IMG/VR virus record: IMGVR_UViG_3300030101_003608
Coordinates: 46,526-110,525 of that record
Strand: one strand, 5' to 3'
Source of the DNA: a virus
DNA: 64,000 bases
Part shown: in pieces, positions 31,055 through 41,231 of the stretch
How the letters are laid out: each line of letters begins with the position of its first letter
How positions within the stretch are numbered: position 1 is the stretch's first letter
Notes under the pieces: generated by a model
The model's database searches: none
What the model was told of the DNA's origin: nothing
The model's input: the letters and a program-made list of their open reading frames with translations, nothing else
Translations under genes and position numbers: made by a program

Positions 31055-31559
31055 ATCCTAGTCCTATTCCTCCCCTTACATTACTTTGCTGTTCTTCTTG
31101 AAGATCCTTATATGCACCTTTAAACGATTCTCTAATTTGTTGATATTTAGCTGCAGCATTAACTAAAGAATTTATATTACCATCTCTACCATGTTCAATT
31201 GGTGTAGTTTGCATGTACCTGCCTAATCTATCTAACATAGCGGCAATACCTTTATATGCTCTAGATGTTGGCGTTTCATACATCTTTTCACAAAATTTTA
31301 ATGCTAAGTATATATCATCATCTTCTGTAGAAAACTCACCATCCACTTCCTTCATTATAACTTCTTCTTTTTCATGCTCAGGAGTATGAAAGAATGGATT
31401 CATGTCAGGATTAGGACAAGTCATATAAAAAAGATACTGATAAATTTTAAGGTGGTCATCGGGATAGTTATTCATTATATCTTTAAGAGACTTTAATGTA
31501 TAACAGTGTTCTGTTGGCACAACTTTGCCATTTTGTATATCAAACAGTTTTGCAATCAT
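31044..31559 (-). CDS. Conserved crAss-like protein upstream of terminase (small-subunit candidate)
   Basis: 171 aa helical; C-terminal VRGG; overlaps the terL start. Confidence 0.45.
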   Translation of the reverse strand: MIAKLFDIQNGKVVPTEHCYTLKSLKDIMNNYPDDHLKIYQYLFYMTCPNPDMNPFFHTPEHEKEEVIMKEVDGEFSTEDDDIYLALKFCEKMYETPTSRAYKGIAAMLDRLGRYMQTTPIEHGRDGNINSLVNAAAKYQQIRESFKGAYKDLQEEQQSNVRGGIGLGYDQ

Positions 31560-32392
31560 TTCTTTTTAAATTTAGACGTATTATCTTTTAAATAGTGTAT
31601 TATAGAGATAACCTCATCTTTTAAATATGGCACAGGTATTTGTACTACTTCTTTTACAACAGGGTCACCTTTATCTGTATATTTATGAATAGGATAACCA
31701 TACTCATCTTTTCCTTCTTCCTCAAATTGAACATGATAAATAAACATATTACCAGGTCTAAGTTTAGGATTGTGTTTTAATATAATATACATATAAATGC
31801 TGAGTTGTAAAGCATAATGATTAAAATTACAATCATCTAAATGAGATACAGGAAACTTCATTTTTTGTGAAATACCCTCCCAATCTTTCCAGGATTGCAT
31901 TTTAATTTCTTTATTTGTTTTATAGTCTATTATAGAAACCTTTCCGTTTACAACTTCTACTAAATCTGATTGACCACATATACCCGCTGACTTTAAATAA
32001 ACCATGTGTTCTGGATAAACACCTGGATCTAGTTTTTGATTTGGCGCAAGTTTAACACCTTCAGATTTTATTATAGGTGCAAATACAGGAACTGTTAAAC
32101 CTTCTCGTTCAATTGAAGCCAAAGAGCACAAATCATCTTCTCTTTGATTATGATAAAACGTTCCTAAACTCATAGCTCTTTCAGATTCTTTTTTCCAAAC
32201 CTCTTGTATCTGCTTTGGTTTCATACCAAACCATTTTGAGTTTTTTCTTTTACAAACTTTTTGTGCTACTTTTTTTGCATCAAAAGGTTCTTTAAAATAA
32301 GATGTTAATGTTGTTACACTAATCCAATCAATAAAACCATCTTTATTTGTAGACTTATAGCTATGGTCTTTTTCTGTAAATACTATACTCAT
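31556..32392 (-). CDS. PD-(D/E)xK nuclease
   Basis: SVTT, GTFYH, GQSDLV..IIDYKT, YALQLSIY. Confidence 0.8.
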   Translation of the reverse strand: MSIVFTEKDHSYKSTNKDGFIDWISVTTLTSYFKEPFDAKKVAQKVCKRKNSKWFGMKPKQIQEVWKKESERAMSLGTFYHNQREDDLCSLASIEREGLTVPVFAPIIKSEGVKLAPNQKLDPGVYPEHMVYLKSAGICGQSDLVEVVNGKVSIIDYKTNKEIKMQSWKDWEGISQKMKFPVSHLDDCNFNHYALQLSIYMYIILKHNPKLRPGNMFIYHVQFEEEGKDEYGYPIHKYTDKGDPVVKEVVQIPVPYLKDEVISIIHYLKDNTSKFKKK

Positions 32393-32685
32393 AATTCTCC
32401 TAATTTATCTTCTTCTTCTAATGTCATTAATGCAGGCCACTCTCCTATTGGACAGTGCGATGATAAAGCTCTTGTTTTAAATGCAAGCGAGCATCCGCAA
32501 TTACCACAGCAAGGTTGTGTACCAGGAACTTCACACTTAGAACCTTTTAAATCTATTTCTAAACACTCTTTGCAGATAGCCATTCTTTTCATAGATACTT
32601 TTTCTACAAAGTCATCTCTCATTACTGAGTTTTTAATTCCTTCATAAATCTGTTTTCTATTTTTCCATATTTTTTTTAGATTCAT
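32389..32685 (-). CDS. Cys-rich zinc-binding protein
   Basis: RMAICKEC..C..CCGNCGC..KTR..CPIGEW. Confidence 0.65.
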   Translation of the reverse strand: MNLKKIWKNRKQIYEGIKNSVMRDDFVEKVSMKRMAICKECLEIDLKGSKCEVPGTQPCCGNCGCSLAFKTRALSSHCPIGEWPALMTLEEEDKLGEL

Positions 32686-33040
32686 TTTTTCTTTTTAAAA
32701 ATTCTTCTTTTCTTTTCTTTTCAGTTTCAATCTGTTCTTTTATTGAACATAGATACTCTAGTTTTTCTTCTAGCATTTTTTTATTATAATAAGCTGAGTA
32801 AGTAGATGTATCATGATTTTTTAAATACTTTTTGCATCTCGGTATAGCTCTGTTTACTGATCTTTTTTTAGCTGTAAAAATACCAAGTCCTGTTACATTT
32901 ATTCTAGGATGGTAAAGTTCACTCAATAATGTTCTAACATTTCTATAGTAAAACTCTACTGCTGTTTCCACTAAAGCTTTTGATATATCTTTAGTTTCTG
33001 CTATTTCTTGATATAAATCTTTTGATTTTTTAGGTTTCAT
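32657..33040 (-). CDS. IHF/HU-like protein
   Basis: KDLYQEIAE..ISKALVE..INVTGLGIF resembles the HU/IHF N-terminus. Confidence 0.55.
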   Translation of the reverse strand: MKPKKSKDLYQEIAETKDISKALVETAVEFYYRNVRTLLSELYHPRINVTGLGIFTAKKRSVNRAIPRCKKYLKNHDTSTYSAYYNKKMLEEKLEYLCSIKEQIETEKKRKEEFLKRKNESKKNMEK

Positions 33041-33396
33041 TTAGCAAGAAATTTAAAATCTAACATTACTGTACCTAAAGTTTCTATATTTAACTTTTCA
33101 TTAAGTTTAATCAATTTCTTATTTTTAGAATCTTTAAGAATAAGGTTAGATTTAATGCATTTATTAATACAATTTCTTACAGTTTGTTGAGATTTAAAAA
33201 TCTTATGCTCTTCAGCAGCATCATAACAAAAATGAGTTAACTCTAATGGACCTAAAAGACTAAGTAATGTTAAACATTCAAGATCTGAGTTACTCACCGT
33301 TATTTTGTTAAGATAACAGTGAGTAATCAATTGAAACTTAATAATGTCTTTTTTTGACATTACTACTTTTTTTTGAACTTGTTTAACAACAGCCAT
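33037..33396 (-). CDS. Hypothetical protein (possible winged helix)
   Basis: SQQTVRNCINKCIKSNLI suggests an HTH recognition helix. Confidence 0.45.
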   Translation of the reverse strand: MAVVKQVQKKVVMSKKDIIKFQLITHCYLNKITVSNSDLECLTLLSLLGPLELTHFCYDAAEEHKIFKSQQTVRNCINKCIKSNLILKDSKNKKLIKLNEKLNIETLGTVMLDFKFLAK

Positions 33397-33665
33397 TATA
33401 CTTCTTGTTTTTTCAAAGTTCTCTTTTTACTCGTTTTTGGTTTAGCCTCTGGTTCAGGCATTGAGTCTTCTTCTGATGGATTCATCATCATAGCATATTG
33501 CATTTGAATTTGAGTTCTTTTAAATCTCATTTCATCAATTTCAGCAAGCTTTGTTTCATAATTTAATTGTGCATCAAGATAAGGCATTGATTCCTTATAA
33601 AAAGTTAGCATTTCTTCTTTTCTTTGCGCAAGTTCTTCAGGTGATAAATTTTCTGGATTTTCCAT
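33396..33665 (-). CDS. Hypothetical coiled-coil protein
   Basis: Likely start MENPENL (33665), after TTTGTATATTTG and an A-rich leader. Confidence 0.6.
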   Translation of the reverse strand: MENPENLSPEELAQRKEEMLTFYKESMPYLDAQLNYETKLAEIDEMRFKRTQIQMQYAMMMNPSEEDSMPEPEAKPKTSKKRTLKKQEV

Positions 33666-33725
33666 TGGTTTGTTTTTAAATTTACCCAAATATACAAATA
33701 AAGTTTAAACTACAGAAGTTTAAAT

Positions 33726-33753
33726 AAAAAACCTAGATAATTAAATCTAGGTT
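33726..33753 (-). terminator. Intrinsic terminator after amidase
   Basis: AACCTAGAT/ATCTAGGTT stem plus U-tract. Confidence 0.6.
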
Positions 33754-33782
33754 CTTTCATTTATTATGAACAAGAAATATTT

Positions 33783-34487
33783 TTACACTGTACCTTCAGC
33801 TTCTACTTGTTGAATCATTTCAAAGTGTATTTTAGCTACTCTATCTCTACCTTCTTCAGGTAAAAGGTATTTATGACAGTTATCATAGTTAGTCATAAAA
33901 AAGTTTTCACTTAATATAGCTGGCATAGATGTATTTACTAATACATAAAAGTTTGATTCTTTATCAGGATCTCCATCAGTAGTATCTTTTCTCATATACT
34001 CACCTTTAAATTCTCTCATAGATTTTTCAAATAATATTGTAGCAATATCATCTGATTTAGTTTTACCTGGAGAAGTATATACTGACCATCCATTAGCAGA
34101 CTCTTTATCAAAACCATTAGCGTGTATGCTTACATATATACACTTTTTATCTGAGGATTTGGCTATACTGTTAGCTGATCTTACTCTGTCTCCCAAACTT
34201 ACATCCTCTTGAGTATCTACAAGGTTAACGTAATCAATATTATTCTCTTTACAAAGCTTTACTAATCTATTTACTATAGCTCTATTAAATTCTCCTTCAT
34301 ATAAAATAGATCCATCATCCCATACTGGAGATCTTTTACCAGAAGTTTGATAAACACCATCTATAATACCTCCGTGACCATTATCAAATAACCAAAGATA
34401 TTTTGATTCTTGAGATCCGGAAGATTTGATTGATAAGTCAAATTGTGCATTACAATTTGGACAAGTTATAATTTTCTCCATAACCAT
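33783..34487 (-). CDS. Endolysin, N-acetylmuramoyl-L-alanine amidase (Amidase_3)
   Basis: DNGHGG, EGEFN, SIHAN, FYVL..MPAILSENFFM zinc amidase motifs; short N-terminal CPNC segment. Confidence 0.9.
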   Translation of the reverse strand: MVMEKIITCPNCNAQFDLSIKSSGSQESKYLWLFDNGHGGIIDGVYQTSGKRSPVWDDGSILYEGEFNRAIVNRLVKLCKENNIDYVNLVDTQEDVSLGDRVRSANSIAKSSDKKCIYVSIHANGFDKESANGWSVYTSPGKTKSDDIATILFEKSMREFKGEYMRKDTTDGDPDKESNFYVLVNTSMPAILSENFFMTNYDNCHKYLLPEEGRDRVAKIHFEMIQQVEAEGTV

Positions 34488-34558
34488 CTAATTAATGTAG
34501 GTAAAATGTACATTAGTAAAAATACAAAGCATATTGTTCCTAATGATATTACCCCATG

Positions 34559-34792
34559 TTATTTTCTTTTTCTAATTTTAGTTAATTTGTCAATAGATGT
34601 TAAACCTAAAGAGCCAAATGCAAATAATGCTACTGCATCTACCAAATACTCGGCTGGTTTAATATCACCATGAGTAAATGTATTTGCTATTAGAGATGTT
34701 ACTAGTGCTAGTACACATAATAATCCTCCTAATCTTTTAGATGAATAATGTCCTGTTTCATCACTTAATAATTCTTTAAAAAATGTTTTCAT
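34559..34792 (-). CDS. Holin candidate (2 TM)
   Basis: SSKRL followed by two hydrophobic helices and a basic tail; upstream of amidase. Confidence 0.6.
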   Translation of the reverse strand: MKTFFKELLSDETGHYSSKRLGGLLCVLALVTSLIANTFTHGDIKPAEYLVDAVALFAFGSLGLTSIDKLTKIRKRK

Positions 34793-35244
34793 AATTTAGT
34801 TTTTAAAAATCTACATAGTCTATATATACCATATAGAATTATTAATATTAATGATAAATAAATTCCTTTATTTATAAGTTGTTTCCATTTAGGTGTCTTT
34901 TCATAATACTTTACAGGAATTTTCTTTTCTATTATTTTTTCTACTGTTATGGTATCGCATTTACCACTAACATATACAGAATCATGTATAGTATCATGAA
35001 ATATTTCAATTCTTAATCTTTCTTTTTCAATTATTAAAGTATCCTTTCTAATCTCAGTCCAAAAATGTTGAGTAAATACTGTATCATGCTCTACTTTTTC
35101 TATAGTAAATTTTACAGTATCTATTACTTCTACACTATCTATAGTAAGTAAATAAGGGTGCTTTTCTACCAATCTGGTAAATCTAGCTTTTGGACTGCAA
35201 GCAACTAATACTAGCAGTAATACTACAAAGAACTTTTTTATCAT
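34789..35244 (-). CDS. Unimolecular spanin candidate
   Basis: Lipoprotein signal (LVAC), DTV/DTL beta-rich middle, C-terminal TM helix; within the lysis cluster. Confidence 0.6.
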   Translation of the reverse strand: MIKKFFVVLLLVLVACSPKARFTRLVEKHPYLLTIDSVEVIDTVKFTIEKVEHDTVFTQHFWTEIRKDTLIIEKERLRIEIFHDTIHDSVYVSGKCDTITVEKIIEKKIPVKYYEKTPKWKQLINKGIYLSLILIILYGIYRLCRFLKTKL

Positions 35245-35534
35245 TTAGTTTTAATTGCATGAATAGCCTCAATAATTTCTATCTTCATTTTAGCCATATC
35301 ATCTCTTAAGTCAGCTATAGATTTTTCTTGCTTTTCTCTGTTTACTTCAACCTTATCTTTTACATCATCTATTCTTTTATGAACCACACCAACATCTTTA
35401 CTTAAATTATTTAAAACCATTTGTTGTATTGCTACTTTATTTTTTAATGTAAACCAAACTGTTAATGCTCCCACTAAGGCTGATAGGATTGATAGCAGAG
35501 CATCAAAACCCACCTGCATACTTGAAATTTCCAT
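35241..35534 (-). CDS. Membrane protein with coiled coil (lysis-associated)
   Basis: N-terminal TM and coiled coil. Confidence 0.5.
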   Translation of the reverse strand: MEISSMQVGFDALLSILSALVGALTVWFTLKNKVAIQQMVLNNLSKDVGVVHKRIDDVKDKVEVNREKQEKSIADLRDDMAKMKIEIIEAIHAIKTK

Positions 35535-35600
35535 TCTTTAATATTTTATACATAAATAACACTTATTATAATATACGAAAATTATTTAAATTATGAAAAT

Positions 35601-36494
35601 TTACACAGGGAACTTATGTGAGTCAATACCTCTATGATAGATATCATTGCCTCCTTTTGTAGATCTTCTATATCTAATATTTAAGATTCTTCCTCCTACA
35701 GGTTTAATTGGGGCACCTCTTTCAACATGCCAACCTTTAGATCCATCACCATATTCTTCTTTATATGTACCTGTAAGCATCATATGAATTTGTCTTTGCT
35801 CTTGTCTATAACTATCTCTGCCTTGTAGCAGTTTATCCCTTACATCATTTCTAGCTGCATTCTCATGTATATGACCCATAGTAAACACATCAAAGTCTTC
35901 ATACATTTCTAAAGCTCTAGTAAGATTCAAGGCCCCTTTAGTTACAATACCTCCTCCACCAGATCCGTGAAAGTATCTTATCTTCATAGTTCTTATTACA
36001 CCACCTTTTTCTTTTGTGGTACCTCTAAGAATTTGATTCACAAGTATCCAACCTCCATAGCCACCTACTTGTACATTAGTATTATTTTCATGATTTAGCA
36101 TTTTAACAAATCTAGTAAGTATATCCGTTTCTTGCCATTTAATAATAGCTGTTTCATGATTACCATATCCTATTACTGTAAGTAAATGAGAGTATGGTGA
36201 CCACCATTCAACAGCAGTTTCCACAATACTATCTAAATATTTTGCATTATTATGTTCTGGTCTTATATCAGATTTGTTTTTTCTATTATCTCCTCTTCCC
36301 TGCATCAAGCAAAACATATCACCATTTATCATAATAGGAATAGACTCCTTTACACAGTAATCTAAATCTCTTTTTAATGTCTCCCAGTCACACTTTGGGT
36401 TATCCCAATGTATATCTGACAACATGGCAATCCTTGCATGTGTACCCTCAAGTTTAATCTCATGGATATTAGCAGCATGTGCTTTTATTTTCAT
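35601..36494 (-). CDS. Calcineurin-like metallophosphoesterase
   Basis: SDIH, NGD, GNHE, FHG, GHIH motifs. Confidence 0.85.
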   Translation of the reverse strand: MKIKAHAANIHEIKLEGTHARIAMLSDIHWDNPKCDWETLKRDLDYCVKESIPIMINGDMFCLMQGRGDNRKNKSDIRPEHNNAKYLDSIVETAVEWWSPYSHLLTVIGYGNHETAIIKWQETDILTRFVKMLNHENNTNVQVGGYGGWILVNQILRGTTKEKGGVIRTMKIRYFHGSGGGGIVTKGALNLTRALEMYEDFDVFTMGHIHENAARNDVRDKLLQGRDSYRQEQRQIHMMLTGTYKEEYGDGSKGWHVERGAPIKPVGGRILNIRYRRSTKGGNDIYHRGIDSHKFPV

Positions 36495-36514
36495 ATTTCT
36501 TTTTTTAATTTCTT

Positions 36515-36808
36515 CTACTCAGGTGGAGTAGGATCATACTTTTCAGAAGGACCTTGGAATTTACTATTTTCAGATTCTACTGCATCTTTATAGTAATCTG
36601 CAATACCTACATCTTCATTTACAAATAATTCTAACTCATCTTCAGTTAAAAAAGCACTTATAGTAGGTTGACCAGTTACAACTTGTGTAATTCCTTGATC
36701 ACCAGCATATCCAAATACTACAAGACCGGCTTCTCCTTGACCATTCATTACATAGAACCATCTATTAGGATTATTTTTTGTTATTTCATTTATACTAAAC
36801 TGTGCCAT
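36515..36808 (-). CDS. Hypothetical protein (possible fibre-associated)
   Basis: 97 aa, follows the BspA-like gene. Confidence 0.55.
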   Translation of the reverse strand: MAQFSINEITKNNPNRWFYVMNGQGEAGLVVFGYAGDQGITQVVTGQPTISAFLTEDELELFVNEDVGIADYYKDAVESENSKFQGPSEKYDPTPPE

Positions 36809-36819
36809 ATCTTTTTATG

Positions 36820-38583
36820 TTATACTGATCCTCCATCTGATATTGTCCAACTATGATCTGCTATTAATGCTGTTCTTGCAGTATCTGCTGCACTTCCTGC
36901 AGTATATTGAGAAGCATTAACATTTAAAGTAACAGTATTACTATTTGTTGCCTCAAGCCTAACTAAAAGAGCATCATAACTTGCTGTTGTCATTTTTCTT
37001 GTTGATCCACTTCCTACTAAACTTCCTATAGTTGTTAATGCTCCAAAGTCTGCAGATGCATCAAAAGTAAGAGTAGTAGGAGTAGTAGATATTTGGAAGA
37101 ATGCACTTGACATATCAGTAACTCCACTAAAATCCATGTTGGAACCAAAAATAATACTTGATAAGCTAGATGCCTGTTTAAATGAATCTTTAAGACTAGT
37201 TAATGCATTTGTAGTAGTCATGTTAATATTTATTGCACTAACACCTTTTGTTATAAAGAAAGCAAGAAGAAAACTTGTACAAGCAGGATAGTTCCAGTTT
37301 AAAGTAATAGTACTTCCTGAAGCATATTGTGCTTCCCTAAATAATTCCTGTATGTTTCCTGTAGCACTAGGCATAGACCAAGCTGATACTGTAGGAGGAG
37401 GTCCTGCATCTACAGCTGCAAGACTGTATCCATTCCTATAAAAGAATTTGGCAAAAGTAGTTGTACATGCTGCCCAATTATTCCAACTTGGACCAAAATT
37501 ATGGTTATCAAATTTAAGTTTTCTTGTATTAAAGAACATTTCCCTTGCATCAGTAACACTTGAAATATCTATTGTGCTTAATCCTGCTATTTCTTGAATA
37601 TGTAGACAACCATAAAATGCTCTATACATGTCAGTAACATTAGATGTATCCCAATTTGTTACATTAATATTTTTTAAAGCACTAGAGTTGTATGCATAAT
37701 ATTGCATGTTATTAATTCCTGAAGTATTATTCCAAGTAGACATATCTAACTCAGTTACTCCAGCAAATGTTGGTGAACTAAATGCACCTGATTCATAGAA
37801 GAATCTTGCCAAACTAACTCCTGAAGCGTTTAATGTCCAATTACTTACATCTGAATTAGCTTTAACACAAGCTCTATAAAACATTCTATAAAGAGTATTA
37901 GTCCCACTAAAATCTAAATTAGGTGCTGTTACTGTGCATCCACCCGCAGTTCTACCACAATGAGCCATAAAATCTTGGGTATTAGTCATATTACTAGTAT
38001 CCCATCCTGTAAGGTTAATATTAGTACAGTCAAGAAAACCGTAAAGCATGCCTAAAGCATCCCCTGAAAAGTTTCCTGTATTTTGCCAATTAGATAAATC
38101 ACAGCTAGTAAGGGCTGGTAAATTATAAAACATTTTCCTAGCTCTTGTATCTGTTAAACCTGATATATCAGGATAATCTGTAGGCAAAGAATTTAAATTA
38201 TCAAACCCAGTAAAAGCTTGATAAAAAGATTTCCATTGTATATTACCCCACTGAACTATTTTAGTTAGATAATCTTTCCAACCTCCTGATATTGTTCCAT
38301 ACTCAAATCCAGAAAAATCACCACTTATTTTAACTAGATAGGTTCCTGTAGAAGAGTAAGTGTGAGAACCTCCATTATAAGTAGTTACTGTATCTATAGT
38401 ACCATCTCCCCAATCTACATCATAATTATAAGTACCTATAGCTCTTCCTCTTAGCTGAAAAGCAGATGTTCCTGTAACAGTAAGCTCCATTATAAATCCA
38501 TCAAAAGAAGAAGTTGCTGGAGGTACAATATGAGTATGTATACCTACCCCTAGACTACCATGAGTGTTAATTGAAACAGGCAT
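36820..38583 (-). CDS. PKD + BspA/DUF285-type LRR surface or receptor-binding protein
   Basis: VDWGDG..HTYSSTGTY (PKD); repeated WDTSNVTDMYRAF-type units; YDALL..W.ISDGG C-terminus. Confidence 0.75.
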   Translation of the reverse strand: MPVSINTHGSLGVGIHTHIVPPATSSFDGFIMELTVTGTSAFQLRGRAIGTYNYDVDWGDGTIDTVTTYNGGSHTYSSTGTYLVKISGDFSGFEYGTISGGWKDYLTKIVQWGNIQWKSFYQAFTGFDNLNSLPTDYPDISGLTDTRARKMFYNLPALTSCDLSNWQNTGNFSGDALGMLYGFLDCTNINLTGWDTSNMTNTQDFMAHCGRTAGGCTVTAPNLDFSGTNTLYRMFYRACVKANSDVSNWTLNASGVSLARFFYESGAFSSPTFAGVTELDMSTWNNTSGINNMQYYAYNSSALKNINVTNWDTSNVTDMYRAFYGCLHIQEIAGLSTIDISSVTDAREMFFNTRKLKFDNHNFGPSWNNWAACTTTFAKFFYRNGYSLAAVDAGPPPTVSAWSMPSATGNIQELFREAQYASGSTITLNWNYPACTSFLLAFFITKGVSAININMTTTNALTSLKDSFKQASSLSSIIFGSNMDFSGVTDMSSAFFQISTTPTTLTFDASADFGALTTIGSLVGSGSTRKMTTASYDALLVRLEATNSNTVTLNVNASQYTAGSAADTARTALIADHSWTISDGGSV

Positions 38584-38586
38584 GGC

Positions 38587-39312
38587 TTATGCTACATATA
38601 TTATCAAAAGATCTCCTGCATTTCCACCTGATATATCAGCATCATAATCAAAGGTGTTTCCAGCAAATTTATTCATATTGCCACCTGCATCAAAATTTAC
38701 AGTTTCTCCTTGTTTAAGAACTACTCCTAAAACATTTGCATCTCCTGCAGCTGCATTATAAAAAGATACAGACTTCATGGGAGCAGCAATTGTTACTAGA
38801 CCTGAAGCAGTTGCTCTTAACATTGCAGGCATTGCTGAAGTATCATTAAGAGAACTAGTATCATCCTCTATAGCTGTAGTATTAGTAGCTGTAGTTGCAG
38901 CCGATGTAGCAATAGCAGTTGTATCAACTTCTATTTCAGTATTTTTTGTTAAGATCTCTGCTAATGTAGCCTCTGTAGCATCACCTGCTTCTAGATAAGT
39001 AACTGTACAGCCTGCAAAATCTACAGCTGGATACGCAGTATTACTTCCTGGAAGATAGTAGCTTACATTAGTAAAGCCTCCAGTTACAGTATCCCAAGTT
39101 CTAACCTCTAAATAAAGTTTTACTCCTGCATGAGGTGCTGGAGGTACAATTGGGTCTGGACAATCAATATTAACCAACTGAGCTTCATACTCTGATCCAT
39201 TAGCTGTACTATTAATTACATCAATGATGCCTTGCAAGCCTTTAAGCATTTTATATTGCCAAGGCCAATTAGTACCTTTACCTCCATCTGTTTTTAAATT
39301 TCCTATTGACAT
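38587..39312 (-). CDS. Structural (fibre-like) protein
   Basis: GNLKTDGGKGTNWPWQYKMLKGL, ATEATL, jelly-roll-like C-terminus. Confidence 0.5.
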   Translation of the reverse strand: MSIGNLKTDGGKGTNWPWQYKMLKGLQGIIDVINSTANGSEYEAQLVNIDCPDPIVPPAPHAGVKLYLEVRTWDTVTGGFTNVSYYLPGSNTAYPAVDFAGCTVTYLEAGDATEATLAEILTKNTEIEVDTTAIATSAATTATNTTAIEDDTSSLNDTSAMPAMLRATASGLVTIAAPMKSVSFYNAAAGDANVLGVVLKQGETVNFDAGGNMNKFAGNTFDYDADISGGNAGDLLIIYVA

Positions 39313-39323
39313 ATTTTTATTTT

Positions 39324-40256
39324 TTAATAAATTTTAGCACCTACGTTGAATGCTTCTTGAGCTGCTCCACCAGCATTTACAGCTGTTATGACTAAGTATT
39401 GATCTATTGTCCAATCAATTGCAAAAGTATCAATAGAATCTGATGTTTGAAAAGAAGAACCATTTTGAGTTTGAGAATCTGAATCTTGATAAGATGTAAA
39501 TGTAGGTTCAACATAAAAATCTCTACTTACCGTCATTCCTCTAGAAGTTGCATTCATTTTATGAGTAGCAATTCTCTCATAGTTGACTCCAATTACACCT
39601 GATAAAGTTGTTGAATCTGAAATATACATTTTTACAGAACATACAGCTCCTGGAAAAATTACACCTTTATAAAAAAATGCTTTATAACTCCAAACATCAC
39701 CTGCAGAAAACGTATTAGCTGGAATAAGTATGTAATTTAAAATAACTTGTGTTATACTAGCGCCTGTACCTGCTCTGTTAACTACAGAAGCACTAAAACC
39801 TGATCCAGGAACTCCTTGTATTCCCTGTAAACCTTGTAATGCTAAAAAATTCCAGTTAGCAGTATCTACAGATGGATCAGAACCACCTGAGCCAACAGCA
39901 TTAATGCACACATAACTAGATCCACTAAAAAATGCTACGTCATCTTGAGCATAAGCATTGGTTGTATCCCAGTTACCTGTAAAGTTTAATCCTGCTGCAC
40001 CTACTGCACCTGGTACACCTTGAATACCTTGAGGTCCTTGTGCACCTGCAGGTCCTGTAGCACCAGGAGGTCCTTGAGGAGCATTTAAAGCAATCTGCGT
40101 TTCAAGATCTTTAAATGTAATAGCAGTATCTTGATATTCAGACTTATTAACAGCATCTCTTGTACCAACAGGTATCATATCATTATCCTCAAGAGTGCTC
40201 TTCACCCTCCCATTTTTAATGATGTTAAAAAAGTTACTTATGTTTCTTAATGACAT
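39324..40256 (-). CDS. Collagen-repeat fibre protein with CBM5/12-like module
   Basis: Gly-X-Y repeats; W....YAQDDVAFFSGSSYVC....PS...NW. Confidence 0.7.
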   Translation of the reverse strand: MSLRNISNFFNIIKNGRVKSTLEDNDMIPVGTRDAVNKSEYQDTAITFKDLETQIALNAPQGPPGATGPAGAQGPQGIQGVPGAVGAAGLNFTGNWDTTNAYAQDDVAFFSGSSYVCINAVGSGGSDPSVDTANWNFLALQGLQGIQGVPGSGFSASVVNRAGTGASITQVILNYILIPANTFSAGDVWSYKAFFYKGVIFPGAVCSVKMYISDSTTLSGVIGVNYERIATHKMNATSRGMTVSRDFYVEPTFTSYQDSDSQTQNGSSFQTSDSIDTFAIDWTIDQYLVITAVNAGGAAQEAFNVGAKIY

Positions 40257-40266
40257 TTTTTAAATA

Positions 40267-40479
40267 TTAATCATGCACAATATGCAATTCACTAGTACCA
40301 GTCTTTCTAAAAAAGTCTCCTTTTTTAAGACCAGCAGCTTTAGCTGCCGCATTATTAGCATATTCATTATTGTTCATTTGGTGTAACATATGATTAATGT
40401 GTCCAAATTTAGTTTGACCCATATCATTATTTTCAGTTAAGTATGGATCTGGTGATTCTATTATAAATTTTTCTGGCAT
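40267..40479 (-). CDS. Hypothetical protein
   Basis: YANNAAAKAAGLKKGDFFR motif common at phage fibre ends. Confidence 0.6.
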   Translation of the reverse strand: MPEKFIIESPDPYLTENNDMGQTKFGHINHMLHQMNNNEYANNAAAKAAGLKKGDFFRKTGTSELHIVHD

Positions 40480-40499
40480 AATTCTTATTTTAAATTAGT

Positions 40500-41207
40500 T
40501 TATCCTTCTACTTTATTTTGAGCACTAGTTGCAAGTGCGGCATCTATAGCCAGTCTTCTTTCTTCTTCTTGTGCTCTATCACGAGTAATTTGATTAAGTT
40601 TGATCTCTATATCGCTTGGGATATCTCCTATTAGATATGTTTCAGGTTCTTCTCCTGGTTTAGAAGTTACAGGAAGTACAAGTATTGTTTCTGTATAAAA
40701 AGCAGGAGGAGGAGCATCTATACTAGGAGATGCTACTATTTTTAATGTAGTTGCCTCAAGATTAGCAGCAGGCCAATCTTCTCCCTCAAAAAGATCTCTT
40801 GTATCAAGTACACCATTACCAATAGCTGCACTTGTAATTACATTTTGACTATTCTCATCTTCTGCACACTCTGCAGGAATTTCTACACCCACTACTTCAT
40901 CAAGAAATTGTGCAGCTGAAGGCTCTTCAAAACCTGCAGCAAGTATAGCATCTTTCCACTGACATGCTGTATTAGCAGAATCATTCTCTTGCCATGTTGG
41001 ATATGCTGTATCCATTGGTGCAAGTATAACTGATGTCTCTGGTGGCTCTTCTACATTCCACAAGTTAAAACTTTCTATAAGAGTTACTGGATCAAATTCT
41101 TGATAGGTTGTTCCAGGCTTTTGGTAAAACGCAGATACTTCCATGTATCCAGTAGCTAAACCACTAAGTAATGTACCTGCTTTATTAAATATTTTTATTT
41201 TTGACAT
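40500..41207 (-). CDS. Acidic hypothetical protein
   Basis: 235-aa ORF in the late operon. Confidence 0.6.
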   Translation of the reverse strand: MSKIKIFNKAGTLLSGLATGYMEVSAFYQKPGTTYQEFDPVTLIESFNLWNVEEPPETSVILAPMDTAYPTWQENDSANTACQWKDAILAAGFEEPSAAQFLDEVVGVEIPAECAEDENSQNVITSAAIGNGVLDTRDLFEGEDWPAANLEATTLKIVASPSIDAPPPAFYTETILVLPVTSKPGEEPETYLIGDIPSDIEIKLNQITRDRAQEEERRLAIDAALATSAQNKVEG

Positions 41208-41231
41208 GATATTTTATTTAAACTTTTAATT

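Noticed and set aside
31556-32392. Cas4 indicating a CRISPR system
   Set aside because: Lacks the Cas4 four-Cys cluster and any cas or array context; it is the usual PD-(D/E)xK nuclease near crAss terminase.
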